DNA of 63,193 nucleotides, filler included, from Rhabdomonas costata (lineage: Eukaryota), in assembly GCA_019059605.1 (NCBI GenBank). It is 48 parts of 48 records of this genome, joined end to end, with 100 filler letters (N's around TTAATTAATTAA, not from the genome) between each part and the next. Parts side by side here need not be neighbours in the genome. Positions count along the whole stretch, not along the records: positions 60,658 to 61,875 come from JAHMHO010023174.1; positions 61,976 to 63,193 come from JAHMHO010023175.1; 46 more parts are not named here. One strand, written 5' to 3'. A program made the position numbers and the translations under genes. Position 1 is the stretch's first letter; every line of letters begins with the position of its first letter. Under the pieces are notes generated by a model that was given only the letters and a program-made list of their open reading frames with translations, was not told where the DNA came from and searched no databases. Of the stretch, positions 61,847-63,193 are shown in pieces.

Positions 61847-63193
61847 GCGGGGGGTGTCCATGCAAACCCCACAAANNNNNNNNNNNNNNNNNNNNNNNNN
61901 NNNNNNNNNNNNNNNNNNNTTAATTAATTAANNNNNNNNNNNNNNNNNNNNNNNNNNNNNNNNNNNNNNNNNNNNGGTTTTGTTGCTATTTTTTATCGGT
62001 TGAGTATACGCTATTCGCGAAGAAAAGTGCCGGGTAACCTTTTTTATTGTTTCTTGTCTTCTTCTGGTCGTTATCTGTGGCGTGCAGCAGAGCTCTCTGT
62101 GCTTATCATGTTTTCTTTGCGATTCTCGCGTTTCATCGCATTTCACCGAATTCATTTGGCGGGGGGAGGGGAGTTTGAACGTATGAAGGAGAAGTGAGCG
62201 GAAAGGAAGGTATCAAGATAGCGTGAAAGGTGTATAAGGTTTGTTGGGCCTTTTTTATGAGACCTTGCTGTTATTCGCAGCCCATCCACGAGGGGGCTAG
62301 CCGATCGAGGCAGTGTGAGACAAATTTTTTTGTTGAGCATTTTCTGGCTGAAGGGCTCCTCCTCAATAGCTCGCTTACTTTCGTTGCGTCACATTGTGTA
62401 AGCCGTCCCGTCATCGGAAACGCAGCAAAGCATTTCACGTGGCTATTCACACTAAAGACAAGTCATTGCTTCTGGGTGGATGGGAAGGGAAACTGAGGTG
62501 GATGCGAGGCGAGCAGGTTCAATGTCCACATTCAATGCCGTGCTTATGAATTGGGTGCTTTTCCCTGAATTTTGAACCCCATAATGGACTGCAGAATATA
62601 CCTGTCGTGCCGTGAAAACCGAGAGAAAGGAAATCTGTCTCGTAGTGCATTCAGTTGATCATATTCTCTCCCCACTTTGGTGTGGGGAAGCAGTTGAAAG
62701 AATGGAATATGGTGGATTCAAGAGATCTGCTATCATTCTACATGAAAGTAAAAATCCATCCTTGGACGTTCCAACTTGATTCCATTGTGCCTCGTTGCGT
62801 GCTAGTCTCTTGTGAGATGCAGGTGCGTCACGGTGGATATAATTGTTTGCATCAACATTTCCACATCTCGCAGATTGGTACATTTTCTTTCTTGGCATGT
62901 CCTATCCCAGGTTTTCAAAAGACCTACAATCACACGCCCCAGTCGGAGCCCTCCCAATTGCTGTGGAATACGCGGCTGCTCGTCCACCACGCTGTGCGGC
63001 GGAGCCTCCTCACAGACCTTCATCCGGCCATGGCGATCATGACTCTTTTGCTCCTTTTCCCGATGGACCTTCCGTTCCTCCGAACACGCCACTGCCATCC
63101 GCCGACCTTACCAGTCCACACTGCTTCTGATGCCATGCCCAAGAGCACCACCACATGGCAGAATTGGCGGACACACCACACCAAACACACCAA

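Overview
This window is not a continuous locus. It is an artificial concatenation of 48 unrelated contigs of about 1.2 kb (1216-1221 bp), joined by 47 identical 100-nt spacers (N44-TTAATTAATTAA-N44). Gene neighbourhood across spacers is therefore meaningless, and every ORF ending in X...LIN is an artefact. The DNA is intron-rich eukaryotic nuclear DNA, and most six-frame ORFs are noise. By splicing exons by hand I could rebuild fragments of about 25 genes: calmodulin, SHMT, myosin, kinesin, a protein kinase, GH3 beta-glucosidase, two class III nucleotide cyclase fragments, a TM+Cache-like receptor ectodomain, a histidine-kinase HATPase, two RRM proteins, and EF-hand, kelch-like, Sel1, NOV/sacsin-like, Exo84-like, ubiquitin/Elongin-B-like, VWA, SAM-RING, PIN/XPG-like and KH-like proteins. 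Two decayed copies of one Ty3/gypsy-type retroelement are also present. The calmodulin N-terminus, the cyclase density and the donor-site style suggest a euglenozoan, probably a euglenid (inference, not verified). G/T-only contig starts, C/A-only ends and nine terminal fold-backs point to a primer-based whole-genome-amplified library. I found no multi-gene novel system. The most notable signals are: (1) an unusual splice code, with 3 of 19 reconstructed introns GC-AG, G at exon position -1 in all 19, and no GTRAGT donor; (2) recurrent blocks almost free of A/T tracts, two of them next to strand-biased T/G-rich DNA; (3) an SHMT copy with a microhomology-bounded internal deletion; (4) several bacterial-like domains, one carrying spliceosomal introns.
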